A stretch of DNA of 64,000 nt, taken from assembly GCA_964396965.1 (NCBI GenBank), contig CAYNGD010000007.1:22941-86940 (forward strand), read 5' to 3'. The number at the start of each line of letters is the position of its first letter. Within the stretch, counting starts at the first letter, position 1. The position numbers and the translations under genes are program-made. This DNA is from an uncultured Dehalococcoidales bacterium. Lineage in GTDB: Bacteria > Chloroflexota > Dehalococcoidia > Dehalococcoidales > BS750m-G39. Shown piece by piece: positions 29,357 through 38,082 of this stretch. The notes below the pieces were generated by a model. It saw nothing but the letters and a program-made list of their open reading frames with translations. It had not been told where the DNA came from and did no database searches.

Positions 29357-29619
29357 CAGCTATAACCTCCTTCATCAACCGCTAATTTTATGTTAATACT
29401 TCCAGGGCCTGTCTCCATCCGTTATCACGCCCGTTTTCACCACTAGTTTTGACGGTATCTGCCAGGTATTTTCCAGCGCTAACTACACCTAGCCTATAAC
29501 TCAATATCAAGTATTTTTACGCAGGTATTTCCACCTAATACCAGAGAGAACAGCTTCGGCAATGGCTGTGCTTGAACAGGTGCACCCGGCTTTGATATGA
29601 TTACATACGGGGTTAGACT

Positions 29620-30285
29620 ATGAGCAATATTAATGTGCTTCTGGCTGAGGACCACGTGATAACGCGGCAGGGCATCCGCCGGCTTATCGAGGACGAGAAG
29701 GGGATTACCGTTGTCGGCGAGGCCAGCAACGGCGAGGAAGCGGTGCAGATGACCACCGAGCTTAAACCGGATATCGTCATCATGGACGTCGCCATGCCCA
29801 AGCTCAACGGCATCGAGGCCACCCGGCAGATAAAGCTAATCAGCCCTCGCACCGCAGTGCTTATCTTAAGCGCCTATGACGACGACGAGTACGTCTTCGC
29901 CCTGCTCAAGGTGGGCGCCGCCGGCTACCTGCTCAAGAATGTCAGCGGCGATGAGCTCACCCGCGCCATCCGGGCGGTGTACAAGGGTGAGCCCGTCCTC
30001 GACCCTATGGTCGCCCGCAAGGTCATGAACTACTTTAAACTGCCAGATAAGACGCGGGGGCTGGACAGGCCCTCCGAGCACCTGAGCAGCCGCGATACCG
30101 ACATCCTCAAGCTGGCGGCCAAGGGCATGACCAATAAGGACATCGCCGATAAGCTTCACCTGAGCAGCCGCACCGTCGAGGGCCACCTGAGAACCGTCTT
30201 CAACAAGCTCGGCGTTGGCTCCCGCACCGAGGCGGTGCTCTACGGCCTGAGAAAGGGCTGGTTCACCCTGGAAGAGCTGCCTTGA
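29620..30285 (+). CDS. NarL/LuxR-family response regulator
   Basis: Canonical receiver (LLAEDH, DIVIMDVAMP, LILSAY, GYLLK) plus a C-terminal LuxR HTH (LSSRDTDILKLAAKGMTNKDIADKLHLSSRTVEGH). Confidence 0.9.
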   Translation: MSNINVLLAEDHVITRQGIRRLIEDEKGITVVGEASNGEEAVQMTTELKPDIVIMDVAMPKLNGIEATRQIKLISPRTAVLILSAYDDDEYVFALLKVGAAGYLLKNVSGDELTRAIRAVYKGEPVLDPMVARKVMNYFKLPDKTRGLDRPSEHLSSRDTDILKLAAKGMTNKDIADKLHLSSRTVEGHLRTVFNKLGVGSRTEAVLYGLRKGWFTLEELP

Positions 30286-30317
30286 CTCTCTTCATTTAAG
30301 ATAGCGGAGTAATAGCT

Positions 30318-31787
30318 ATGCCACTGAGTCTATTAGGTTCCGAGATGCTGGCCAAGATTATTGATGGTTCCCCTATCCCATCATTTGTAATCAATAAGCA
30401 ACATAAAGTAGTGTACTGGAACACAGCGATTGAGGCCCTCTCTGGCATAGGAAGTAAGGAGATAATCGGGACAGATAAGCAATGGAGGGCGTTTTACGCG
30501 GGAAAGAGGCCAGCTATGGCCGACTTAATAGTGGACGGAGCACCGGCAAACGAAATTGAAGCCCATTATCCAGGTAAATGTAAAATATCCCACTTAATAG
30601 ATGGTACTTATGAAGCTGAAGATTTTTTCCCAGATCTTGAGAGGAATGGAAAGTGGCTCCATTTCACAGCAATTCCCATAAGAGATAACACTGGAAAGAT
30701 AATAGGTGCCATAGAGACCCTGGAAGATATCACCGAGCGAAAGCGTGCTGAGGAGGCACTACATGAGTCAGAGAAAAGCTTCAGGGCTTTATTCGAGGGT
30801 GCCTATGATGCCATCTGGGTTCACGATTTAGAGGGTAACATTCAAACTGCGAATAAGGCGGCGGCGGAACTTGGTGGTTACCCTGTAGTAGAACTGGTGG
30901 GGATGAATGTAAAGTCATTTCTCAGTGATGAAAGCCTGAAGCTGGCAAGAGAGGTGAGCCATAAGCTAACCGAACACCAGCCCATAGACCTCCCCTACGA
31001 ATTAAGGTTAATTAGGAAGGATGGCTCGGAGGCAATATGCATGGTTTCTACCAACTTGATTACCAGCGATGGTGAGCCAAAGGGTTTTCAGAACATCGCT
31101 AGAGACGTTACTCAAGAGAAGCGAATGCAGGAAAATGTGCGCTACTACCTGCAGCAGATAACCAGGGCCCAAGAAGAGGAGCGAAAACGTATCGCCCGGG
31201 AGCTTCATGATGATACGGCCCAGGTGCTGGGTTCTCTCTCGCGGCAATTGGACAATTTCATTCGCAAGAAGCATGGTCTGGCACCTAGTGAGGTCTTGTT
31301 CCTTAAAGACCTGCAGGCTCAGCTTAATCGTGGAGTGCAGGGTGTGCACCGTTTCATTCAGGACCTGCGCCCATCATTACTGGACGATTTAGGTTTAATC
31401 CCGGCGTTAAGGTCGTTAATGAAGGATCTACAAGAGTACGATGGGATAAGTACAAGCCTAAATGTGTTTGGCGGAGAAAGACGTTTCTCGTCTGAAGTTG
31501 AGTCATTGCTCTTCCGCATTGTCCAGGAGGCGCTCAACAATATTAGGCGGCATGCCCAGGCCTCGGAGGCCCGGGTGGTAATGGAGTTCATGGCAGATGA
31601 GGTGAGGGTGACCGTAACCGATAACGGGCGAGGGTTTGAGCTGCGTGGGGACGTGGACGACCTTCCCCGCATTGGTAAGCTGGGGCTGGCCGGGATGCAG
31701 GAGAGGGCGCGGCTGCTGGGCGGCACCCTTGAGGTCAACTCGGTACCGGGCCAGGGGACGACGCTGGTGGTAGATGTGCCCGGCTAG
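30318..31787 (+). CDS. PAS-domain sensor histidine kinase (HisKA_3 + HATPase_c)
   Basis: Two PAS-like regions, H-box ARELHDDTAQVL, N/G boxes QEALNNIRRHA and DNGRGF...GLAGMQERARLLGG. Confidence 0.88.
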   Translation: MPLSLLGSEMLAKIIDGSPIPSFVINKQHKVVYWNTAIEALSGIGSKEIIGTDKQWRAFYAGKRPAMADLIVDGAPANEIEAHYPGKCKISHLIDGTYEAEDFFPDLERNGKWLHFTAIPIRDNTGKIIGAIETLEDITERKRAEEALHESEKSFRALFEGAYDAIWVHDLEGNIQTANKAAAELGGYPVVELVGMNVKSFLSDESLKLAREVSHKLTEHQPIDLPYELRLIRKDGSEAICMVSTNLITSDGEPKGFQNIARDVTQEKRMQENVRYYLQQITRAQEEERKRIARELHDDTAQVLGSLSRQLDNFIRKKHGLAPSEVLFLKDLQAQLNRGVQGVHRFIQDLRPSLLDDLGLIPALRSLMKDLQEYDGISTSLNVFGGERRFSSEVESLLFRIVQEALNNIRRHAQASEARVVMEFMADEVRVTVTDNGRGFELRGDVDDLPRIGKLGLAGMQERARLLGGTLEVNSVPGQGTTLVVDVPG

Positions 31788-33526
31788 GGTGAGTAGTAGC
31801 CTGCCCAGAGCCCGCTGAAGAAGCGGCGGGCATTTATGCCCAGCACCCTGGTATCATAGCCGCCTTCCTGAACGACCAGCGTCGGCAGGTGCAGTTCACC
31901 GATCAGCCTGCCCACCGCCTCAAAATCGTCAGCCTCAAGGCTCCAGCTTCCGGTGGGGTCTTCCTTGGCGGTATCCAGTCCCAGCGCCACGATGAGAAAC
32001 TGGGGACGGAAGCGGGCGACCCGTCTCAGCGCCTCGCTCAAGACCTGCTGGTATCTCTTACCCTCAAACTCTTCAGCTAAGAGGGGGATATTTATATTGT
32101 AGCCCTTGCCCGCCCCTTCTCCCTTCTCGTCAGCAAAGCCGCTGAAGTAGGGATAGGCATAACGGGGATGCCGGTGGATGGACAGGGTCAGGACGTCAGG
32201 CCGTTCGTAGAATATGTCCTGCTGACCGTTGCCGTGGTGATAGTCGATATCCAGGATGGCCACCCTGCCGTAGGCGCTCAAATACTGGGCGGCCACCGCC
32301 GCCGAGTTGAAGTAGCAGAAGCCGCCGAAGGAACGGCGCCCGGCGTGGTGACCAGGCGGGCGCACCAGGGCGTAGGCCAGCCGGTAGCCCTCCAGGATTT
32401 GCTCGGCGGCGGTCAGGGTGCAGTCCACCGCCCGCTTGGCGGCCAGGTAGGCGTTGCCGTTTATCGGGGTAAAGGTGTCGATGCAGTAGTAGCCGGCGCG
32501 GACGGCGAGCTCCCTGGGGGGGCGGGCGATGTTGCGGATGGGGAAGACATAGGGGTAGACGGACTGCCCCGCCGCAAGGCCAGCACAGACCTTCCTGAAA
32601 TAGTCAACGAACTGGCTGTCGTGCACCGTCTTGATATAGCGCTCGGAGAAGTGGCGGGGGGCAACCCTGTTAAACAGCCCCGTCTTGTCCAGCTCCTTTA
32701 TGATGGCGTCTATCCTCACCGGCGATTCAACATAGCCCAGTTCTTCGACGTGGTGGATGAGGTGGCGGTCGTTGATGACCAGGACAACCTGCTTGTCCAC
32801 CGCTACCGTCCGGCGGGGCAAGAGCGGCGCCTTCTTGATATACCTCGGCTCACGCAGGCGCACCGGGTCGTCCTGAAAGGAATCAACCACCATCTCAACG
32901 TAGCTGGGGGAAACCACCCCCCGGTATTTCCGCTCCAGCACCGCCCGGACCACCTCTCGGGCGACATCACGGGAAAGCCCGTCACCCTGCCCCAGGTCGT
33001 CATAGACCAGATAGGGGGGGTTGTCGCCGCCGGGCTTTAAGGGGGTCTCATACTTGGTGTTGACGATGGGGCGGGCGCCGTACCTCTCGTAGAAGCGCAG
33101 GCGGGCGGCATTTTGCTTCCGGACGAGCGGGTCTCGGCTTAAATGGGGGTCGTCGGGGAGGCACTCGAAGAAAAGGCCGATTAGGTTCAGGTCCAGCGCT
33201 TCCTCACGCACCCTTTCGTAGAGGGCGCCGCCGATGCCGCCGCCGGTTCTCCGCTCGGCGGCGGATATATAGTCCAGGTAGCCGAAGTGCAGGATAGGCT
33301 CGTGGTAGAGCAGGGCAAAGCCGATGATGCGCCCCTTCACCCCCTCGGCAACGAAAAGGATGGAGCGGAAGCGGTACTTCAGCGGGTTGCGCAGCTGCTC
33401 CGGCAGCTTGGCAATGTCCCTCTTTGAGAGGCCAGGAAACTGGGCGCGGAGAATCTCCTGAACCTGGGTGATGGCCTCCTTGTTGGCCGGGGTTATATCA
33501 TCGTGGACGCGGCGGATACGAAACAT
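31784..33526 (-). CDS. GNAT acetyltransferase fused to HDAC-family (acetylpolyamine amidohydrolase / AcuC-like) deacetylase
   Basis: 580 aa. The N-terminal ~190 aa carry GNAT motif A (RRTGGGIGGALYERV). The C-terminal ~340 aa carry the HDAC zinc site (HHAGRRSFGGFCYFN, ILDIDYHHGNGQQDIF). Confidence 0.85.
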   Translation of the reverse strand: MFRIRRVHDDITPANKEAITQVQEILRAQFPGLSKRDIAKLPEQLRNPLKYRFRSILFVAEGVKGRIIGFALLYHEPILHFGYLDYISAAERRTGGGIGGALYERVREEALDLNLIGLFFECLPDDPHLSRDPLVRKQNAARLRFYERYGARPIVNTKYETPLKPGGDNPPYLVYDDLGQGDGLSRDVAREVVRAVLERKYRGVVSPSYVEMVVDSFQDDPVRLREPRYIKKAPLLPRRTVAVDKQVVLVINDRHLIHHVEELGYVESPVRIDAIIKELDKTGLFNRVAPRHFSERYIKTVHDSQFVDYFRKVCAGLAAGQSVYPYVFPIRNIARPPRELAVRAGYYCIDTFTPINGNAYLAAKRAVDCTLTAAEQILEGYRLAYALVRPPGHHAGRRSFGGFCYFNSAAVAAQYLSAYGRVAILDIDYHHGNGQQDIFYERPDVLTLSIHRHPRYAYPYFSGFADEKGEGAGKGYNINIPLLAEEFEGKRYQQVLSEALRRVARFRPQFLIVALGLDTAKEDPTGSWSLEADDFEAVGRLIGELHLPTLVVQEGGYDTRVLGINARRFFSGLWAGYYSP

Positions 33527-33547
33527 AGCTCAAAATCCCTCCGGCTT

Positions 33548-34153
33548 TTAGCCGGTCACCGCCTTAATTATACCGGTCAGCTCCAGCCCGTGTATAACCA
33601 TGCTGATGGCGATGGCCGCCAGCAGCAGGCTGAACACCCGGGAAATCGCCCTCAGGCCTCCCTGCCCCAGAACACGGGCCACCTGCTCCCCCCCCAGAAA
33701 GATGCCCCAGGTGATGGCCATGTTCAGGGTGAAGGAGATGAGCACCATATAGAGGGGGAACTGGGTGGCCAGGAGCAGCAGGGTGGTTATGGTGGCCGGG
33801 CCGACCGTCAGCGGGGTGCCGATGGGCACCACCGCCACCAGCTCCTCCTTGACAGCTTCCACCATGTGGCCGGTGGTCATGTACTTGATGGCGAAGGCCA
33901 GCAGGATTATGCCGCCGGCGATGGCGAAGGAGCCCACCGAAATCCCCATTAACTTCAGAATCAGCTGGCCGAAGAATAAAAAGAAAAGGCCGACGATGAT
34001 AGCGGTCAGGATAGCCAGGTGAATCATACGGTGGCGCTGGGGCCTGATCATATCCTCGCTCATGGCAAGCACGAAGGGCAGGTTGCCCAGGGCGTCGATA
34101 ACGATAAACAGCGGGACGAAGGTTACGATGAAGTTTTGCAGAAGGCTGCCCAT
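33548..34153 (-). CDS. MarC / UPF0056 family integral membrane protein
   Basis: 201 aa with six predicted TM segments. N-terminal FVPLFIVIDALGNLPF is typical of the MarC family. Its ATG overlaps the upstream stop by 1 nt. Confidence 0.75.
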   Translation of the reverse strand: MGSLLQNFIVTFVPLFIVIDALGNLPFVLAMSEDMIRPQRHRMIHLAILTAIIVGLFFLFFGQLILKLMGISVGSFAIAGGIILLAFAIKYMTTGHMVEAVKEELVAVVPIGTPLTVGPATITTLLLLATQFPLYMVLISFTLNMAITWGIFLGGEQVARVLGQGGLRAISRVFSLLLAAIAISMVIHGLELTGIIKAVTG

Positions 34154-34647
34154 TAAGATTGCCCTTCCGGCTCAAGACGTTTCTGCAGAATAACCTTATC
34201 GTCGCCGGGGGCGTAGAAATCGGGGAGGCGGGCTATAACCTGGTAGCCATGCTTTGTGTAAAAGCGTCGGGTCTTTTCGTAGCTTTCCTGAGAGGATGTT
34301 TCGATGATTACCAGCCGACCTTTAGCCTCTCTGATTCTGTCCTCGGCATAGGCCATAAGAGCCCCGCCCACGCCCCTCCCCTGCTCCCCAGCCGCCACCG
34401 CTATCCAGTAAACGTCCCAGGTACCATCGGTGAGGGGGGTAGGGCCATAGCAGATATAGCCTTTAATGGCCGCGCCGTCCTCAGCGGCCAGTACGTGGTA
34501 GCCTGAGCCAGCCGGACCGGCCAGGTAGCTGTCGATGACCTCCTCAGCCACCACCACCTCAGCCGGCTTGAACTCAGGCAGGCCGCGCAGCAGCGCCATC
34601 ACGGCCGAATTGTCCCTTTTCAGCATCGGGCGTATCCTGACCGCCAT
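34153..34647 (-). CDS. GNAT family N-acetyltransferase
   Basis: 164 aa with motif A QGRGVGGALMAYAE. The N-terminus MAVRIRPMLKRDNSAV is typical of GNATs. Confidence 0.8.
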   Translation of the reverse strand: MAVRIRPMLKRDNSAVMALLRGLPEFKPAEVVVAEEVIDSYLAGPAGSGYHVLAAEDGAAIKGYICYGPTPLTDGTWDVYWIAVAAGEQGRGVGGALMAYAEDRIREAKGRLVIIETSSQESYEKTRRFYTKHGYQVIARLPDFYAPGDDKVILQKRLEPEGQS

Positions 34648-35638
34648 CCTCTTTGTTCTCCAGGGCCAGTTCTACAATCCTACCGATAAACTGCGGGTAG
34701 GTCATGCCGGCGGCCTCGGCCTGCCGCACCGCCCCCGAGCCGGGGGAGATATCGGGGTTGGGGTTGGCCTCGATAACATTAAGCTGCCCCGCCTCATCCC
34801 GCCGCATATCAACTCTAGCATAGCCGCGGCAGCCGAGCAAGCCGAGGGCGGCAAGGGCGGTTTTAGCGATTTCCTCCCTCTCGCTGTCTTCGATTTGGGC
34901 CGGGCAAATTACCTTAGTACCCTGAAAATATTCGCTTTCGGGCTGCCACTTGGCAGCGAAGGTGAGCAGGCGGGGCACCCCCTCCGGCAACGAGTAATCT
35001 ATCTCGGAAACGGGCAGGACGGTATCACCGAGCACGGTAGCGTTGAACTCGTGGCCTTCGATGAAATGCTCAACCAGGGCCTGCCCGCCGTAGTAGCGGC
35101 TGACCGCGGTCACCTGCTTTTCCAACGAGGCAAAGTCACTGACCACGTTCTGCGCCGAGAGCCCGTGGCTGGCGTCCTCACGGCGGGGCTTGACGATGCA
35201 GGGGTAGCTCAGGTGGAAGCTGGAGAGATTCTCCGGCCGGAGCAGCTGGAAATCGGGGGTGGCAATACCGGCGTTCTTTAAGAGCGCCTTGGTCCTGGCC
35301 TTGTCCAGGGCTAATTTGAGGGCCGCGGCAGAACAGCCGGTGAAGGGCAGTTTGAGCGCCGCTAGCATTTCGACTATCTCGGCCTCTGTCTCCGGGTGGC
35401 CGGCAAAGCCCTCGAAGAGATTGAAGACCAGGTCGGCCTTCAGGGCAGCCAGCCTTTCCCGGGCGCGGGGCAGGGGCGGCACCAGGGGGAGCTTGACCAC
35501 GCCGTAGCCTGATTTGAGCAGGGCATCCTCCACCGCCTCCACCGCCTCAAGGACACCGCTGACGGCGGCCCGCTCACCGCGCTCGTCATAGCGGCTCTTC
35601 AGGGGTTCGTTATAGACGATGGCTACACGGCGACGCAC
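34574..35638 (-). CDS. D-alanine--D-alanine-ligase-like ATP-grasp amidoligase (paralog 2)
   Basis: 354 aa with Ddl-family architecture (FNLFEGFAGHPETEAEIVEMLAALKLPFTGCS; ATP-grasp core with ARVDMRRDEAGQLNVIEANPNP). Its 3' end overlaps the GNAT start by 74 nt. Confidence 0.8.
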   Translation of the reverse strand: MRRRVAIVYNEPLKSRYDERGERAAVSGVLEAVEAVEDALLKSGYGVVKLPLVPPLPRARERLAALKADLVFNLFEGFAGHPETEAEIVEMLAALKLPFTGCSAAALKLALDKARTKALLKNAGIATPDFQLLRPENLSSFHLSYPCIVKPRREDASHGLSAQNVVSDFASLEKQVTAVSRYYGGQALVEHFIEGHEFNATVLGDTVLPVSEIDYSLPEGVPRLLTFAAKWQPESEYFQGTKVICPAQIEDSEREEIAKTALAALGLLGCRGYARVDMRRDEAGQLNVIEANPNPDISPGSGAVRQAEAAGMTYPQFIGRIVELALENKEDGGQDTPDAEKGQFGRDGAAARPA

Positions 35639-36621
35639 GGAGAGTACCTTTTCAAGGCGGCCTCAAAGACTGCCTGTATCAGCCCCTGTTGCGTCCAGCC
35701 CAGCTTCTGGGCCATGATAATCAGGTCGCTGTAACTGCCCAGCCCGGGCAGGGGGTTTATCTCCAGGAAATAGGGAATTCCACCTGGGCCGATTCTGAAG
35801 TCGATACGGGCGAAGTCTCGGCAACCCAAGACTTTAAAAACCTTGAGGCTGGCCAGAGCAATCCTCTCATTAACCTCGTCGGCCAGCCTGGGGGGAGACT
35901 CGTAGTCAACCAGGTTGAGGTAATCTCGCTTTACCTCCAGTGAGTAGACGAAGTGCCCCTCACTTTTCCGGGGCAGGATGCGCATCAGGCCCACCAGGCG
36001 GGGCGGAGCATTGCCGATAATACCGGCGGTGACCTCGTCACCGCTGATGAACTCCTCAGCCATCACCGGCTGCCGGTAATCGTTAAGCAGGCGGCTCACC
36101 TCTCTGGTCATCTCCTCCCGGCTTTCCACCACCGAGCTGGAGCGGATGCCCTTGCTCGAGCCTTCGTAGGCCGGCTTGACGATGGCCGGGAATTTCTCCC
36201 AGGCTAGTTTACCCAGCTCCTCCTCGTCGTTTACCATCTGCCACTGCGGAGTAGCGATACCTTCGGCGGCCACCAGCCTCTTGGCTAGCGGTTTGTCCAG
36301 GCAGACGGTCAGGCAGTGGGAGTCCGAGCCGGAATAGAGGATGCCCAGCATCTCCAGAACAGCCGGCACCTGGGACTCGCGGCTGCGTGAGCTGCCCCTC
36401 CCCTCGGCGATGTTAAAAACGATGTCAACCTTCTCCCGCCGTATGTTGTCCAGGAACTCCTCGCCCCCGCCCAGCAGCACCACCGAGTGTCCGGCGGCAG
36501 CCAGCGCGGCAGCGATAGTCTCCACCGTCTCCCGGGAGTCATACTCCTCTAAAGCGTCTTCGGGGGCGGCGGCGTCCAAGGGTATGGCTGACTTAAGATC
36601 GTAGGCTAAGCCTATCCGCAT
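35623..36621 (-). CDS. D-alanine--D-alanine-ligase-like ATP-grasp amidoligase (paralog 1)
   Basis: 332 aa (FNIAEGRGSSRSRESQVPAVLEMLGILYSGSD; ARIDFRIGPGGIPYFLEINPLPG). It overlaps both neighbouring genes. Confidence 0.8.
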   Translation of the reverse strand: MRIGLAYDLKSAIPLDAAAPEDALEEYDSRETVETIAAALAAAGHSVVLLGGGEEFLDNIRREKVDIVFNIAEGRGSSRSRESQVPAVLEMLGILYSGSDSHCLTVCLDKPLAKRLVAAEGIATPQWQMVNDEEELGKLAWEKFPAIVKPAYEGSSKGIRSSSVVESREEMTREVSRLLNDYRQPVMAEEFISGDEVTAGIIGNAPPRLVGLMRILPRKSEGHFVYSLEVKRDYLNLVDYESPPRLADEVNERIALASLKVFKVLGCRDFARIDFRIGPGGIPYFLEINPLPGLGSYSDLIIMAQKLGWTQQGLIQAVFEAALKRYSPCVAV

Positions 36622-37948
36622 CCCTGGTTCCTGCCTTCTTGACCGCTACCGGCACCTTAACCGACAAGGGCAGTTGCGCCGGCACTGGCTTGGCCCTGGC
36701 CTTCAGCCTGGGGTTGTGGCAGTGGTAGATATGGCCGCGGTAGTTCCTCACCAGAATCCTGTCCCCGTTCTGAGAGAGGATATAGTTGGGCTGCACCGGC
36801 ACCTTGCCCCCTCCCTGGGGCAGGTCAATAACGAAAGTGGGCACCGCCAGCCCCGAGGTGTGGCCGCGCATACCCTCGATTATATCCAGGCCAGTTGCCA
36901 GCGGCGTGCGCAGGTGCTCCGTCCCCTCCACCTCGTCACACTGGAAGAGGTAGTAGGGTCGCACCTTAATCCTTAGCAGCCCCTGGCACAGTTTGGTCTG
37001 TGCCTCCACACTGTCGTTGATGCCGCGCAGCAGCACGCTCTGGTTGTTCACCGGGACGCCGCTCCGCACCAGCCTGTCGCAGGCGGCAGCTGCCTCCGGA
37101 GTTATCTCGCGGTAGTGGTTGAAATGGGTGTTGAGCCATATCGGGCCATATCTGGAAAGCATGGCGCAAAGCTCGTCATCGATGCGCTGGGGCAGCACCA
37201 CCGGGAAGCGGCTGCCGATGCGGATAATCTCGACGTGCTCTATCTGCCGCAAGCTGCCGATAACGCCCTCAAGGTGGTGGGTGGATAGAGTCAAGGGGTC
37301 ACCGCCGGAGATGACCACATCCCTGACCGCCTTATGATTGCGGATGTAGTCCAGCATGGCCTCAATTTCGCCGAGGGTGCGCACCCAACCGCCATGCCTC
37401 CACTCCCGCTTGCGGGTGCAGTGGCGGCAGAGCATGGGGCAGATATCGGTCAGCACCATTAAAACACGGTCGGGGTAGCGGTGTACCAGTCCGGGGACAA
37501 CCGAGTCCCTCTTCTCCTCAAGGGGGTCTTCGCTGCCGATTCCGGCCAGGGCTATCTCCTCAAAGGCGGGCACGGACTGAAGCCGAATGGGGTCTTGGGG
37601 GTCATCGGGGTCAATCAGGGAAAGATAATAAGGGGTTATTGCCAGCGGGTACTTGATGGTGACCAGCCTGAGCCTGGCCTGTTCTTCAGCAGTCAGGGGT
37701 ATATAGCTGGCCAGTTGTTCGACGGTGGTGATGCGGTGGCGGAAGTGCCACCTCCAGTCTTTCCAGAGGCTATCGGGTATGTGCCCAAAGAATCTTCGTC
37801 TCTGGGCGCTGGTACTGGGAGGTTCCCCCTCCGGGGTGGTAACTATAGCTGCGCCGGGAGGTTCCTCCTCGGCCTCAGCCGCGGTCTCTATAGAATATTT
37901 TTCCGCCCTCAGGGCGGGTTGTTTTTTAATTATTCCAGGTGCTTTCAC
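36593..37948 (-). CDS. kamA: KamA-family radical-SAM aminomutase (lysine 2,3-aminomutase-like)
   Basis: Radical-SAM CPMLCRHCTRKR, plus WKDWRWHFRHRITTVEQL, AITPYYLSLIDP, HRYPDRVL, VRPYYLFQCD and FVIDLPQGGGK. GTG start. The first ~60 aa form a low-complexity N-terminal extension. Confidence 0.88.
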   Translation of the reverse strand: MKAPGIIKKQPALRAEKYSIETAAEAEEEPPGAAIVTTPEGEPPSTSAQRRRFFGHIPDSLWKDWRWHFRHRITTVEQLASYIPLTAEEQARLRLVTIKYPLAITPYYLSLIDPDDPQDPIRLQSVPAFEEIALAGIGSEDPLEEKRDSVVPGLVHRYPDRVLMVLTDICPMLCRHCTRKREWRHGGWVRTLGEIEAMLDYIRNHKAVRDVVISGGDPLTLSTHHLEGVIGSLRQIEHVEIIRIGSRFPVVLPQRIDDELCAMLSRYGPIWLNTHFNHYREITPEAAAACDRLVRSGVPVNNQSVLLRGINDSVEAQTKLCQGLLRIKVRPYYLFQCDEVEGTEHLRTPLATGLDIIEGMRGHTSGLAVPTFVIDLPQGGGKVPVQPNYILSQNGDRILVRNYRGHIYHCHNPRLKARAKPVPAQLPLSVKVPVAVKKAGTRDADRLSLRS

Positions 37949-38041
37949 CTTTTTTATGTTCTCCTCTAGTGTTAGATTTCAGTATTTCAGGCTCGTTTAT
38001 GAGGTCACATCTTCGGTTTTTACCCCCTATAAACAAAAAGA

Positions 38042-38082
38042 GTTAGGAAATACTTGTCCTAACCTTCTTTTCCTGTTATAAT
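38042..38082 (+). promoter_or_regulatory. inverted repeat overlapping a sigma70-like promoter in the kamA / wHTH divergent region
   Basis: GTTAGGA-N8-TCCTAAC at 38042-38063 overlaps a -35-like TTGTCC (38054-38059). After N17 comes TATAAT (38077-38082) with an extended TG. Confidence 0.35.

Noticed and set aside
33564-34175. 203-aa minus-strand ORF in an alternative frame over the MarC gene.
   Set aside because: Its Pro/Gly/Arg/His-rich translation is typical of an off-frame read of a GC-rich membrane gene. The 33548-34153 frame gives six clean TM helices and the MarC N-terminal motif.
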